Origin: Prevotella sp.
GTDB lineage: Bacteria; Bacteroidota; Bacteroidia; Bacteroidales; Dysgonomonadaceae
DNA: 64,000 nt
Direction of reading: 5' to 3'
Assembly: GCA_031285625.1 (NCBI GenBank)
Contig: JAITVV010000017.1
Location: 32,001 to 96,000 of the forward strand
Shown here: positions 1 through 9,968 of the stretch, one piece after another
Layout: each line of letters opens with the position of its first letter
Numbering within the stretch: the first letter of the stretch is position 1
The notes under the pieces: model-generated
What the model was told of the DNA's origin: nothing
The model's database searches: none
The model's input: only the letters and a program-made list of their open reading frames with translations
Made by a program: the position numbers and the translations under genes

Positions 1-183
1 TATTTGAAACTGAATTTTACTTATGTTTCCACATCTAATATTGATTTGGTAGGATTTGGGAAATCATTTTATATCGGACACTCTGAATCGGACTATGTGA
101 AATTGGATTTATATTATACAGATCCGTTTATCAGACCGGTAAAAGAAATTGACGGTATTCGTCTAGAATTATTGGAAAATTGA
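1..183 (+). pseudogene. 3' part of an AbiEii/AbiGii-family nucleotidyltransferase (type IV TA toxin), apparently C-terminally truncated; open at the window edge
   Basis: Frame 1 reads YLKLNFTYVSTSNIDLVGFGKSFYIGHSESDYVKLDLYYTDPFIRPVKEIDGIRLELLEN*. The GxGKSxxIG...VKLDLYYTDxFIRP...DGIR string resembles Bacteroidota AbiEii proteins, which normally continue into a K...R.xKDFWD helix that is absent here. Confidence 0.6.
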
Positions 184-370
184 AAATAAAAGCGAAAACT
201 GACAGAAGTTATGATTTTTACAACCAATATATATGACTGTTATTTACTTTTAAACAATAAAATGACTAAGGTACAATTATTTGAAATGGCAGAAAAAACT
301 GTTTTATAGTACTTTAAATATATTTTTCAATAATATACTATCTTTACTAATAAATCTACTATAATAACAC

Positions 371-1903
371 ATGAAGAATACAAGGTCAATTCTCCCTACT
401 GCCGTAGGTTTGTTAACAGCAACAGCTGTAGCCGTTGTTACCTCGGATTATGCAACAGCATCCCTTGCAAGTATTGCAGGACAGATAGGGACCGGCGTTG
501 CAGGAAATATGTTATCAAGTTTGATACCATCAAGATTAAATAATATAGAGGATGATCCGGAAAAGCTGAATCACAGTATTAAGAAATTATTCATTAATTC
601 TATATCTCAAGCCCTTTCTTCAGTTTATATTACTTATACGAAAGATGATAATGTAACAAAGAAGGAAAAGAAAGAAGCCCTGAAAATAGTTGGATTTTTA
701 CAAAAGGGATTAACAGATGAATTAAATAATAACTCAATACTGGACATAAATGAGAATTTAGTCAATGATTTTTTATATCAAAAGGACTTACCGCATAATC
801 AAGATATTATATCCTATATATTAAGAAAATTAGCTATATCAGAGACACAAATAAGTGATTCATTCAAAAGATGTTTATCAGAAAACTATAACACTTATAT
901 CGAACTTACTTTCGGAGAGGGGTTAAAAGAAGATTCGAATAGAAATGCATGGATAGCATTTCAACGGCTACTTATCGAAGACTTAAGAGACAGGCTTGTA
1001 AGGATAGAAGATGGCCAGATCAGAATAGAGGAAAAGTTAACTAGCCTAAAAGATGTAAATGGAGAATTTACGGATGAAGAGATGAAAGTCATACGCGATC
1101 TAAAAAAAACTCTTCAAGACAAGGAACTTATAAAAACCCATGTAAGTAAAACAACAACTAAAAGGCTGAAAGCTATTGAAGCTAATGGGGCTAAAGTACT
1201 ATCTATTATAACAAAAACAGATGTCCAGGTAGATAATATATATATTATAATCAAATCGTTTGTAGAAGATTATAATAGAGAGAGAAGAAAAGCTAAACGA
1301 AACATTATAATACTAATACTCTTTCTCATAATTTGTTTTCCTCTGATAACTTATCTGACTTATAATTCTTTTACTCAGCCATTTACATTGTCTATTCAAA
1401 CACATGGCTGGAAAGGCAAGAAACACAGGCCATTAGAAGGGGTTGGAACGCTCGAAATAGTTCTGGGAGATAAAACAGAGAAAGCCGAGATAAGCAGAAA
1501 TGGAGAGGCTATATTTAAGAATGTTGATCATAAATACAATAAGACATCTGTTTTGGTTAGATTACTGGATACCAGAGGAGAATTATACTATGTCTCTGAC
1601 AGTACGGTGTTTATAAATAAAAATAAGATTAATTATGTGCAAATCGGTTTGAAGGGTATAGATGAACTCCAGGGGATCATTATTGATAATATTTCCGGAG
1701 ATGGATTGGGCCAAGCAACAGTTGAACTGGCCGGAGTGGAAACAACAACAGACGAAAAAGGGCGTTTTAGACTCTCCATCCCCATAACAAAACAGGAGAA
1801 AAAGCAGGAAATCTATGTGTATAAGGAAGGGTATACCACCTATCGTGCTATGGTACCAATGGGTAATGAAAATGAATGCAGAATTGTATTGAAACGGAAA
1901 TGA
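371..1903 (+). CDS. Single-pass membrane protein: N-terminal helical/coiled-coil domain, TM helix, C-terminal carboxypeptidase-regulatory-like beta-sandwich region
   Basis: 510-aa ORF; basic RRKAKR precedes the TM IIILILFLIICFPLITYL; C-terminal GIIIDNISGDGLGQATVEL...TTTDEKGRFRLSIP...KEGY pattern. Confidence 0.75.
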   Translation: MKNTRSILPTAVGLLTATAVAVVTSDYATASLASIAGQIGTGVAGNMLSSLIPSRLNNIEDDPEKLNHSIKKLFINSISQALSSVYITYTKDDNVTKKEKKEALKIVGFLQKGLTDELNNNSILDINENLVNDFLYQKDLPHNQDIISYILRKLAISETQISDSFKRCLSENYNTYIELTFGEGLKEDSNRNAWIAFQRLLIEDLRDRLVRIEDGQIRIEEKLTSLKDVNGEFTDEEMKVIRDLKKTLQDKELIKTHVSKTTTKRLKAIEANGAKVLSIITKTDVQVDNIYIIIKSFVEDYNRERRKAKRNIIILILFLIICFPLITYLTYNSFTQPFTLSIQTHGWKGKKHRPLEGVGTLEIVLGDKTEKAEISRNGEAIFKNVDHKYNKTSVLVRLLDTRGELYYVSDSTVFINKNKINYVQIGLKGIDELQGIIIDNISGDGLGQATVELAGVETTTDEKGRFRLSIPITKQEKKQEIYVYKEGYTTYRAMVPMGNENECRIVLKRK

Positions 1904-4900
1904 TTATGAAAAAGCAACTGTGGCTGACTCTTTTTTTCTTAATAGTTCCTTTTATTTGTAAAGGGCAAATGACAAAACTTGACGGGGTGGTTGCCGTGCA
2001 AAATAGTAAAATAAATACCGGACAAATTATATATGTAGAAGGTGTTGAGATTAAACATGACGAAGCCAAATCTGATGTTACTGATAGTAACGGCTATTTT
2101 TCGTTGCAAATAGTGGGAGTAGAGCCCAACACGCAAACTAAAATTGAAGTGACGCCGACAGGCAAATTCAATGATTATATTGTTGTTAATAAGCGGGACA
2201 TTAATGATATAACACTTGGTAGAAAAGAAAGGATCAACATATATATATGCGAAAAAAATGAATATTTCAAAAGGGTAGATGAGCTATATAATATCAATCG
2301 CACAAAAAACGATGAGAAATTTGAAAGAGAAATCAAAGACCTTAAATTTCAATTGACAAAAGCCAGAGAAAAAGAACAATATGATAAAGCAAAACGCATC
2401 ACAGATAGTATAGATAACATTGAAAAGATAAAAGTCAATATGGTTGATTTTATCCGTGATATCTCTGAGAAGATGGCTCAGATTAACCTCGATAATTCGG
2501 ATTCAATTATGTTAAATGCCTTTACAAAAATTTCTCAAGGGGACTTGGACAGTGCATTAATATATATACCAATAGAATTAATAAGAGAAAAATATTTGCA
2601 TGGTGAGATACTCTCCGGTACAGGTCAAAAGATGAAAGATGAAGCTATCCAGTTAGTACTGATGAAAGCTCGTCTGTCTGTCCTGAAGAGTTTCGATGAG
2701 GCATGCAGCAATTATGAAGAAGCGATAAAACTTGCTCCCTTCGATTTTGAGATTATTCTGGAATATATGAGTTACCTTAAAACATACAATAAGTATAATT
2801 CAGCCAAGAGGATAACATTAGAAGCAATAGAACGAAGCATAGAGAATGAAAAACAAACCGGAATTATAAGGGCTGAATCATTAGGCAAAGTTCATTTTCA
2901 ATTAGGTAGCCTTATGTCGGAAGAAGGTGATTTTAATAACTCAGAAGAACACTTAAATAAAGCAGCACATTATTTTCAGATATTGAGCCATAATGTAAAT
3001 GATACTGCCTATGTACAAAAGAAAATGGAGATATATACCATGTTGGGGCAAAATGCCAGAAGACAAAAAAACTGGCATAAAGCTGAGGTATATATGCAGG
3101 AAGCATTAAATTGTGTCAGCATTCAAGAACATATTAATTATCCGGATCATATAATCTTTATTTATTTCCAATTTGGTGAAATCAAACGGACTCAATCAAA
3201 TTATAAAGAAGCCTCTATTTATTTTGAAAAGGCATTGGCCATTTATAAATCATTAGACAAGGAAGATATCAATCCATATCAGTATGCACTTCTATTAAGT
3301 CTGCTTTCATTAACAAAAGTGGAGAATTTTGAATATAATGCCGCTAGGGATTATATAAATGAGGCTATTGATATTGTTGATAATGGTGATATTGAGTCTT
3401 CGTCAATGAAAATAAAAGAGGACTGTGCCGGATGTTTCATGGTTGCGGCTCAATGCTTTGAAAGATTGAATGAAATATCAAAGGCAAAATACTTCATGGA
3501 TAAAGGAATGCAAATTTATACCGATTTAGCAGATAAGTATCCTCAGATATATGCCGATACATATTTTATGAACCTTTTTGAAAATATTGACAGTGAAAAT
3601 AAAGAATCAGAAGGCAAACTGATTGAAGTTATAGGTAAATATACAAGTCTGGCTAAGGATGATTATGCTCTTTTCGAACAATATAGAATCATCCTTTTAT
3701 TTAAACTTACAACATATTATGAAAAACATAATAATAATCAAAAAGCAGACAAATACCTGAAAGAAGCATTAAGTGCCACTGAATTACTACTTGAGACCAA
3801 TCCGATTAAATATTATATAACCTTTTCTGATATTTTTTATAATTTAGGATATCATTATCTTGAGAATAAGAATCTTCCGGCAGCTAATTCATATTTTGAA
3901 AAAGGAATAAGTTATTACAAAGCATATACAGAGCTAAACCCTATGGGCGAAATTGCTGGATTGGGAGATTATTTAAGCCAGATAGGTGATTCCTATACAT
4001 CCTTCCATGAATATGTAATAGCAGAAAAGTATCTTAAGCAAGGTGTTGAGATACTGGCCAAACTGGGAAGCGTTGATAATATATCGTATGCTACGGCTTT
4101 AACAGGCAGTTATTACCAGATTGCAAATAACTATCACCGGATAGCATTATCGGATTCCGCACTTGTTTATATAAACAAAGCATTAGATGTTCAGTCGAAT
4201 CTTTACAAAAAAGATCCATTAATATTTAATTCATCTTATTCAAAGATGCTAGTCTCAGCGGCAGCTTCATATCGCATGCATGGAAATATAGAAATAGCAG
4301 ATAGCCTGATTCATAAATCATTGAATATTTTACAGACAATGGATAGCGCTCAAATAAAAGATCATAATGATGCTTTGTCATTAACATTTATGGAGCTAGC
4401 CAATAACTATAAAAATATGAATAATCATAAGGACGCGAAGTACTATTATGATCAGGCATATCCAATAGTTAAGGAACGGTACAGAGAAAGAGGATATCTC
4501 AATATTCAGAATTACTTGATTCTGTTAAATAACATGGGAGAACTCTTTAACTCTATGGAAGAATTTGATTCTGCTGAACATTATCTTACAGAAGGTTTAC
4601 AGGTTTACGATGAATGTGATTCGACTGAACAAATCGAATGTCTTCATATATATTTACTTTTAAAACAAACATTGGGTATTTCATATCTTAAACAAAATAA
4701 ACGCGATGAAGGTAAAGAGATACTGGATGAAGTAATTACCGGATACGAAGAGCTATACCAGGAAGATAAAAGAGCCGCCCAATCTAATATTGGATATATT
4801 ACCGGAGAATTAGGCCTGGTATATTTAGAGGTAAACGAATATGATCAAGCTTATGAACTTTTAAATAAATCAATAAAGTTAAAGGAGGCATTAAGGCAGG

Positions 4901-7446
4901 AATATGACAATAACAGAAATAAATATGAACTTTCTGTTGCCTATAAGGATATGGGGCAATTTTACCAAAAAGTGGACAATCCGGAGAAATGCATTGAATT
5001 TATGCATAAAAGTCAGGATCTGCTTTCTATTCTGATCAAAGAAGTACCTTCTCAGTATCTCGGATATTATATAAAGAATGGAAATAATTTAGAGAGGGTA
5101 TTACTTGAAGCAGACTCAATAAATCAATATTATGAATTTAATAGTAGAACCAAGGCGGAAATAGAAGGAGTAATAAATAATTATCCACATTTGAAATACA
5201 ATATTATCAACTGGTTAATGGGCCAATCAAATCTATTTAGGAGCAAATTAGATAATATAGATAAAGCAATTGAATATTTTGAAAAAGGGATGCTAATATA
5301 TAATGAAATAGAAAATAAGGACGAGATTGGTGATATTCTTATTATAAGTTTATATTATTATTTTGGAAATCATTATTGTCAAGGGAAAGACATAGCAAAA
5401 GCCGAGATTTATTATAAAGGAGGCATTGATTATATAAATCAACTTGATATTGAAAAACAAAAAGAATATGTAAAGGAAAAATATCTTTTATACAATGACT
5501 TATCGATAATTTATTTCTCTGAAAATATTAATATAGATAAGGGTACGGGGTTAAAAAAAGAAGTGATAAAATATTTAGAATCGAAAGGAAAACGTTCAAT
5601 TAAGGATCTGGAATCCTTAGCAAAATCATATTTAGACCTTGGATATTTGTCCTATAAACAGAAGTCTAATGATAATGCTGAAATGTTATTGACTAAAGCT
5701 ATTCTATTATTTGATTCTAATCAGGATTTATCCTTTTCAAAAGATGCTGCGCAGGCTAATGATTACATGGGATATATCAATATTTCTAGTAATCCTATAA
5801 AATCAGAACAATATTTCAGAAAAGCCATAGATATATTTGAATACAACTATAAAATTGATTCGTTGCAGGCATTAATTGATTTTACGCCTATACTGAATAA
5901 TATAGCTAATTCCTACTACGAAATACAAAATGAAGCTAAATTTGAAGAATATATAGATTATATCCTGACGAAGTCTGAGCCTGTTTTAGAAACATCTGAG
6001 TATTTAGCGGGTTTAGTGAAAATTGTAGATGATTTAAAAAAAATGGAGAACGTAAACCTTTGTGAAAAATATACGGATCTATTATTGAGCAAGGTATCGG
6101 CTATAGATGAAAATACTTTTATGTATAAATTTATTTCAATGTATGTAAATTGCACGAAGTCACAAATACTTGTTCAAAGTAATAAACCTGTTGGGGAATA
6201 TCTGTTGAAAGCGATAAAATCATATTCTACAATTGATGATAATGATTTAGAAATAAATAGTTTATCTTTAGTAGGCCTCATATTTCAATTAGTCCCAATG
6301 GATAAAACCATTAATGAAGAAGTTTTAGTTGAAATAGATTCATTATCTAATAAGTATAAAGATCAGGTAATAAGAAGTTTTGCCAATGAGATGGAAGAAC
6401 AAAGAGTAAATTCCGTACAGCTATTATATCCGCTTGCTGACTTTTATTTACATACTCTTAAAGATCCTGTAAAAGCAAAAGAGCTTTATATACCTATTAT
6501 TTCAGAAATTGATAAGTTGGAAAAAGAGAAACTTCCCAATGACCTATTTATTATCCTGGTGAATTCGTGTGAAAGATTAGGAGCTATTTATTATTCTGAA
6601 AATGATTATGGGAATACTGAGATTTACTTGGAACGTGCACTTGAACTATTAGAAGATATTCCTTCAGAGTATGACAACAGTTCATTTAAGACTGAAATAA
6701 AGAATAGAATGGTAGGACTATACATCAACACGGATAGATTCGATAAAGCATTAGATTTGAATAAAGATGTATTATCATTTTTAGAATCTGCGTCTCAAAA
6801 GTCAGCGCAATTGAAAATACATTATTCTTGGGCATTAGCCAATCACGCTGATATCCATAGCCATAGAGCGGGATTTTCAACAGCAATGGATTATTATACT
6901 AAAGCAGTAGATCTGCATAATGAAATCTTAGCAGATAACCCTGACGAACAAAAGCTAATAAGTGATTTATGCGGTTATTTCCAGCAAATGTATATAATTA
7001 GCTATAAACTTTCTGATTATCAGTCGGCACTTGTCTATGTGGATAAACATTTGGAGTATTTAACAAAACATTCAGATATGACGACCCAGGAATATATAGA
7101 TATGAAAAAATGTGATAAGATATTCCTTCTCTTAGTCTTAAATGAAATTGATAGTGCTGTATCTACACTGAAAGGAATATCATATCCGGGTGTTAATATT
7201 ATTCGGGTACGCTTTTATCAGTCATTGCTAAATTTAATAAATGATGAAAAAGAAGAGGCTATTAATATTTTGAATGATCTAATACATTATATTGAGTCAG
7301 ATTATGATGATAGTAAAGACCTTTATAATATGATTGTTGAGCAAATCCAGGTTTTACATCGAAGTAATAGGCATATACATGAAAAATTGTTTGACGACTA
7401 TTTTGTTATATTAAAGAATAAAATTGATGAATTGCAATTAGAATGA
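1900..7446 (+). CDS. Very large secreted tetratricopeptide-repeat protein with an N-terminal beta-sandwich domain
   Basis: ATGA overlap with the upstream stop (ATG 1900 or 1906); signal peptide MKKQLWLTLFFLIVPFICKG-Q; TDSNGYFSL motif; many TPR-like units (e.g. LGYHYLENKNLPAANSYFEKG, LNNMGELFNSMEEFDSAEHYLTEGL). Confidence 0.85.
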   Translation: MIMKKQLWLTLFFLIVPFICKGQMTKLDGVVAVQNSKINTGQIIYVEGVEIKHDEAKSDVTDSNGYFSLQIVGVEPNTQTKIEVTPTGKFNDYIVVNKRDINDITLGRKERINIYICEKNEYFKRVDELYNINRTKNDEKFEREIKDLKFQLTKAREKEQYDKAKRITDSIDNIEKIKVNMVDFIRDISEKMAQINLDNSDSIMLNAFTKISQGDLDSALIYIPIELIREKYLHGEILSGTGQKMKDEAIQLVLMKARLSVLKSFDEACSNYEEAIKLAPFDFEIILEYMSYLKTYNKYNSAKRITLEAIERSIENEKQTGIIRAESLGKVHFQLGSLMSEEGDFNNSEEHLNKAAHYFQILSHNVNDTAYVQKKMEIYTMLGQNARRQKNWHKAEVYMQEALNCVSIQEHINYPDHIIFIYFQFGEIKRTQSNYKEASIYFEKALAIYKSLDKEDINPYQYALLLSLLSLTKVENFEYNAARDYINEAIDIVDNGDIESSSMKIKEDCAGCFMVAAQCFERLNEISKAKYFMDKGMQIYTDLADKYPQIYADTYFMNLFENIDSENKESEGKLIEVIGKYTSLAKDDYALFEQYRIILLFKLTTYYEKHNNNQKADKYLKEALSATELLLETNPIKYYITFSDIFYNLGYHYLENKNLPAANSYFEKGISYYKAYTELNPMGEIAGLGDYLSQIGDSYTSFHEYVIAEKYLKQGVEILAKLGSVDNISYATALTGSYYQIANNYHRIALSDSALVYINKALDVQSNLYKKDPLIFNSSYSKMLVSAAASYRMHGNIEIADSLIHKSLNILQTMDSAQIKDHNDALSLTFMELANNYKNMNNHKDAKYYYDQAYPIVKERYRERGYLNIQNYLILLNNMGELFNSMEEFDSAEHYLTEGLQVYDECDSTEQIECLHIYLLLKQTLGISYLKQNKRDEGKEILDEVITGYEELYQEDKRAAQSNIGYITGELGLVYLEVNEYDQAYELLNKSIKLKEALRQEYDNNRNKYELSVAYKDMGQFYQKVDNPEKCIEFMHKSQDLLSILIKEVPSQYLGYYIKNGNNLERVLLEADSINQYYEFNSRTKAEIEGVINNYPHLKYNIINWLMGQSNLFRSKLDNIDKAIEYFEKGMLIYNEIENKDEIGDILIISLYYYFGNHYCQGKDIAKAEIYYKGGIDYINQLDIEKQKEYVKEKYLLYNDLSIIYFSENINIDKGTGLKKEVIKYLESKGKRSIKDLESLAKSYLDLGYLSYKQKSNDNAEMLLTKAILLFDSNQDLSFSKDAAQANDYMGYINISSNPIKSEQYFRKAIDIFEYNYKIDSLQALIDFTPILNNIANSYYEIQNEAKFEEYIDYILTKSEPVLETSEYLAGLVKIVDDLKKMENVNLCEKYTDLLLSKVSAIDENTFMYKFISMYVNCTKSQILVQSNKPVGEYLLKAIKSYSTIDDNDLEINSLSLVGLIFQLVPMDKTINEEVLVEIDSLSNKYKDQVIRSFANEMEEQRVNSVQLLYPLADFYLHTLKDPVKAKELYIPIISEIDKLEKEKLPNDLFIILVNSCERLGAIYYSENDYGNTEIYLERALELLEDIPSEYDNSSFKTEIKNRMVGLYINTDRFDKALDLNKDVLSFLESASQKSAQLKIHYSWALANHADIHSHRAGFSTAMDYYTKAVDLHNEILADNPDEQKLISDLCGYFQQMYIISYKLSDYQSALVYVDKHLEYLTKHSDMTTQEYIDMKKCDKIFLLLVLNEIDSAVSTLKGISYPGVNIIRVRFYQSLLNLINDEKEEAINILNDLIHYIESDYDDSKDLYNMIVEQIQVLHRSNRHIHEKLFDDYFVILKNKIDELQLE

Positions 7447-7803
7447 AAGTTCACTTCACTTTGAGTGAAAGTTTTCTACGTTATCTTATTTTTTCTGTTT
7501 CTAGCAATAAATTATTCAGTTTTTCGGCCTTATATCCTCATAATAACATAGAATATTAAAGCAGGGAAAAATACAGTTCCCTCGGAAAATTGGGGACGAG
7601 TTCTTCCCCAATAAATATTCGAACCGGATAAATTGTTAATATCTAATTACATATAAAATTGGCGAAGAAGGGAATTATACCTAACTTTGTCTCAATCGAA
7701 ACTCAAAGCGATTCACAGAATTATAGCATGTGCATAAATGCTGACGGTTCTAATTTATAGTATATAAGGTATTGAAAATCAATGGCTGTTTGGAAGTATA
7801 ACG

Positions 7804-7820
7804 TTCCCTCCAGCTCCACA
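7804..7820 (+). mobile_element. Putative attR: duplicated 3' end of tmRNA (ssrA)
   Basis: TTCCCTCCAGCTCCACA matches the 3' T-stem/acceptor strand of tmRNA (CAGCTCC-A pairs with GGGGCTG including G3-U70). No 5' half of the RNA is found upstream. Confidence 0.6.
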
Positions 7821-7846
7821 GATTGAAAAAGAAAAATGTATCTTAC

Positions 7847-7880
7847 CCCTGTAAATTAGACGTTTACAGGGATTTTTGTT
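7847..7880 (+). terminator. Hairpin/intrinsic terminator after the att-like site
   Basis: CCCTGTAAA-ttagacg-TTTACAGGG followed by ATTTTTGTTT. Confidence 0.6.
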
Positions 7881-7919
7881 TCCCACAAAGTGGTAAAAAA
7901 CGGCAAATTCGGGGATAGT

Positions 7920-8347
7920 CCCGGAGAAAAGAAGATGAAATTACTGCTATACTTTTAATTTCAGGATTAGAAATAAGAAAGGAGAAATTATTTTAATCAA
8001 TCACAAGATGACAACTTTAGATTTGACAAATGAGGGTATAATAAGGCTGGGATTATGCGTTATCAGCTATCCTACAAATGAGACACCCGGTAATATATAT
8101 GTAAAAAAGAATGATACCCTGACAGTATTTTTGTGGAAATAAAGGCTAAAAGAATTTCCTCTAATGCAGATACAATATTAAATCTAGCTAGTACGGGAAA
8201 AACTGAAGCAGAAATAGCCAAAATTCTAAATATCTCTATACATACAGTCAAGTACCATAAGAAAAAATATTCACCCAACTCAAAGTTAAGAATACAGCAG
8301 AAGCTATTCAATGGATAAATAATCAAAAAAGGATAGTGAAAAGATAA
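7920..8347 (+). pseudogene. LuxR-family (PAS-like + HTH) regulator pseudogene, 5'-truncated and frameshifted
   Basis: Fragments in different frames: YCYTFNFRIRNKKGEIILINHKMTTLDLTNEGIIRLGLCVISYPTNETPGNIY / ILNLASTGKTEAEIAKILNISIHTVKYHKKK / IFTQLKVKNTAEAIQWINN, ending at TAA 8345-8347. Confidence 0.8.
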
Positions 8348-8369
8348 ATTGTATTTACAATACTCAGAA

Positions 8370-9968
8370 TCAAATATTAACCACTTTATCTACTTCACAC
8401 TCAAAATCTCTTAAATGCGTGGCCATCAAAATGGTAATATTGGGATATTGGTGTTTGATATTTCGAAAAATAGCGATCGCATTCTCGGAACTGATACCCG
8501 CTGTAGGCTCATCTACGACTAACAATTGTGGTTTTTTAAGTAGTGCTTGTGCCAACAATAATTTTTTTCGCTGTCCACCACTCAACGTTTCTCCATTCTC
8601 ACCTAACCAACTTGCCAAACCATCTGATAATGATGAACGCCAGCTTATCAAATCAACAATATCCAATACCTCTTCAATTGCATCATCAGGGTACCCCTCG
8701 AAATTTTCACGCAAAGTCCCTGTAAGTAAATATGCTTTTTGCGTAACATAAATACAGTTTGGCACAGGTAGATGTAATAATTCTGAATCATCATTCCATA
8801 TCAATGATCCTTTAGAGCGGTATTCCGGATAAAAAAGGCTGTTCAACAGAGTCGTTTTCCCTTTTCCTGTTTCTCCAAAGAGTGCTATCCATTCTCCCTT
8901 TTTTATTTCTAATGACACTTCGCAAGTATGTACAGAAGTTTCAGGAATCCTTGCACTGATATTTTTTAAACTCAAATTTTCGAAAGAGGAATTAATTTCT
9001 GTTATTCCAACAGATTGTTTACCTTCCTCAATAATTGTATCAATATCTTTGATTTGATGCGCGACAGAGCTCCTTTCCGATTTTCCGGAGAAAAGCATTT
9101 CAGATAGTTCAGCTTGTGCCATAATACCGAAGAAAATCCCTAGCGCTGTTGGTGTATCAATACTATAATTACCTGAATTCCATAACAGGAACATAGCAAT
9201 ATAACTGAACCCAAGCCCAGCAATCAGTTGCAAATAAAATGAATTATTTTGCAATTTATCTTCCAGTCGTTCAATCTGCAATAATCTTTTCTCATATTGC
9301 CCGATAGCTTTCTGCTCCAGATTATATTTTGAAATTTCTATACTGCCTCTAAAACTTTGGATGAGTTCCTTATTGTTTTCTTCACGATGTATTTTTAGCT
9401 CCTTATACAACTTTCTATTTTTTCGGAAAAAGAATTGAGGAATAATAAACAGAAGAAGAGAAGAAGAAATCAAAAATTCTACAGCTATAACTTGCGAAAA
9501 TACAATAAGAAAGAAAAAGTAGATAGCAAGTGACAGTATTAGTGCAGTAAATGGTAAAAGCCACAAGAGGATATGATTCAATATCTGATCAACGCCATGC
9601 GTACTATTTTCGAGCAATGCAGAGTTATTGTTAACCTGTTTCTTAAAATAGGGAAATTTGGCTACCGATTTAAATATTTTCAACTGTAGGCTCCGTTGAG
9701 CTTCAAGTGTGGTTTTATGGTTCTCCAACCGTTCGAAATACCGGGTTGCAGTACGTACCAATGCCATCAAACGAATAATGGCAGATGGTACCAAATATGA
9801 AAATAGGGTATTTGCTGTGACAAATGCTACGCTACACATCGCTAAAAACCATCCCGAGATAGCAGGAAGAGCAATAAATGCTATCGTCCAGAGGAGTAAA
9901 AGAAAAATACCCAACAACCACTTACCCTTTAAGGGTTTTAATATATGTGTTATGATAAATTTATTCAT
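8370..9968 (-). CDS. cydC: CydC-like ABC exporter (permease + ATPase)
   Basis: ISGWFLA...SAIIRLMALVRTATRYFERLENH CydC signature; Walker A GETGKGKTT; LSGGQ; DEPT. Confidence 0.75.
   Translation of the reverse strand: MNKFIITHILKPLKGKWLLGIFLLLLWTIAFIALPAISGWFLAMCSVAFVTANTLFSYLVPSAIIRLMALVRTATRYFERLENHKTTLEAQRSLQLKIFKSVAKFPYFKKQVNNNSALLENSTHGVDQILNHILLWLLPFTALILSLAIYFFFLIVFSQVIAVEFLISSSLLLFIIPQFFFRKNRKLYKELKIHREENNKELIQSFRGSIEISKYNLEQKAIGQYEKRLLQIERLEDKLQNNSFYLQLIAGLGFSYIAMFLLWNSGNYSIDTPTALGIFFGIMAQAELSEMLFSGKSERSSVAHQIKDIDTIIEEGKQSVGITEINSSFENLSLKNISARIPETSVHTCEVSLEIKKGEWIALFGETGKGKTTLLNSLFYPEYRSKGSLIWNDDSELLHLPVPNCIYVTQKAYLLTGTLRENFEGYPDDAIEEVLDIVDLISWRSSLSDGLASWLGENGETLSGGQRKKLLLAQALLKKPQLLVVDEPTAGISSENAIAIFRNIKHQYPNITILMATHLRDFECEVDKVVNI

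Noticed and set aside
1876-1899. ORF-track start of the TPR gene at 1876
   Set aside because: The signal peptide begins at MIMKKQ; ATG 1900/1906 with an ATGA overlap is more plausible.
7740-7825. Intact tRNA-Ala or tmRNA gene
   Set aside because: Only the 3' 17 nt match; there is no GGGGCTG 5' strand or TTCGA loop upstream.
8133-8318. 61-aa ORF as a standalone gene
   Set aside because: It is the middle fragment of the frameshifted LuxR pseudogene.
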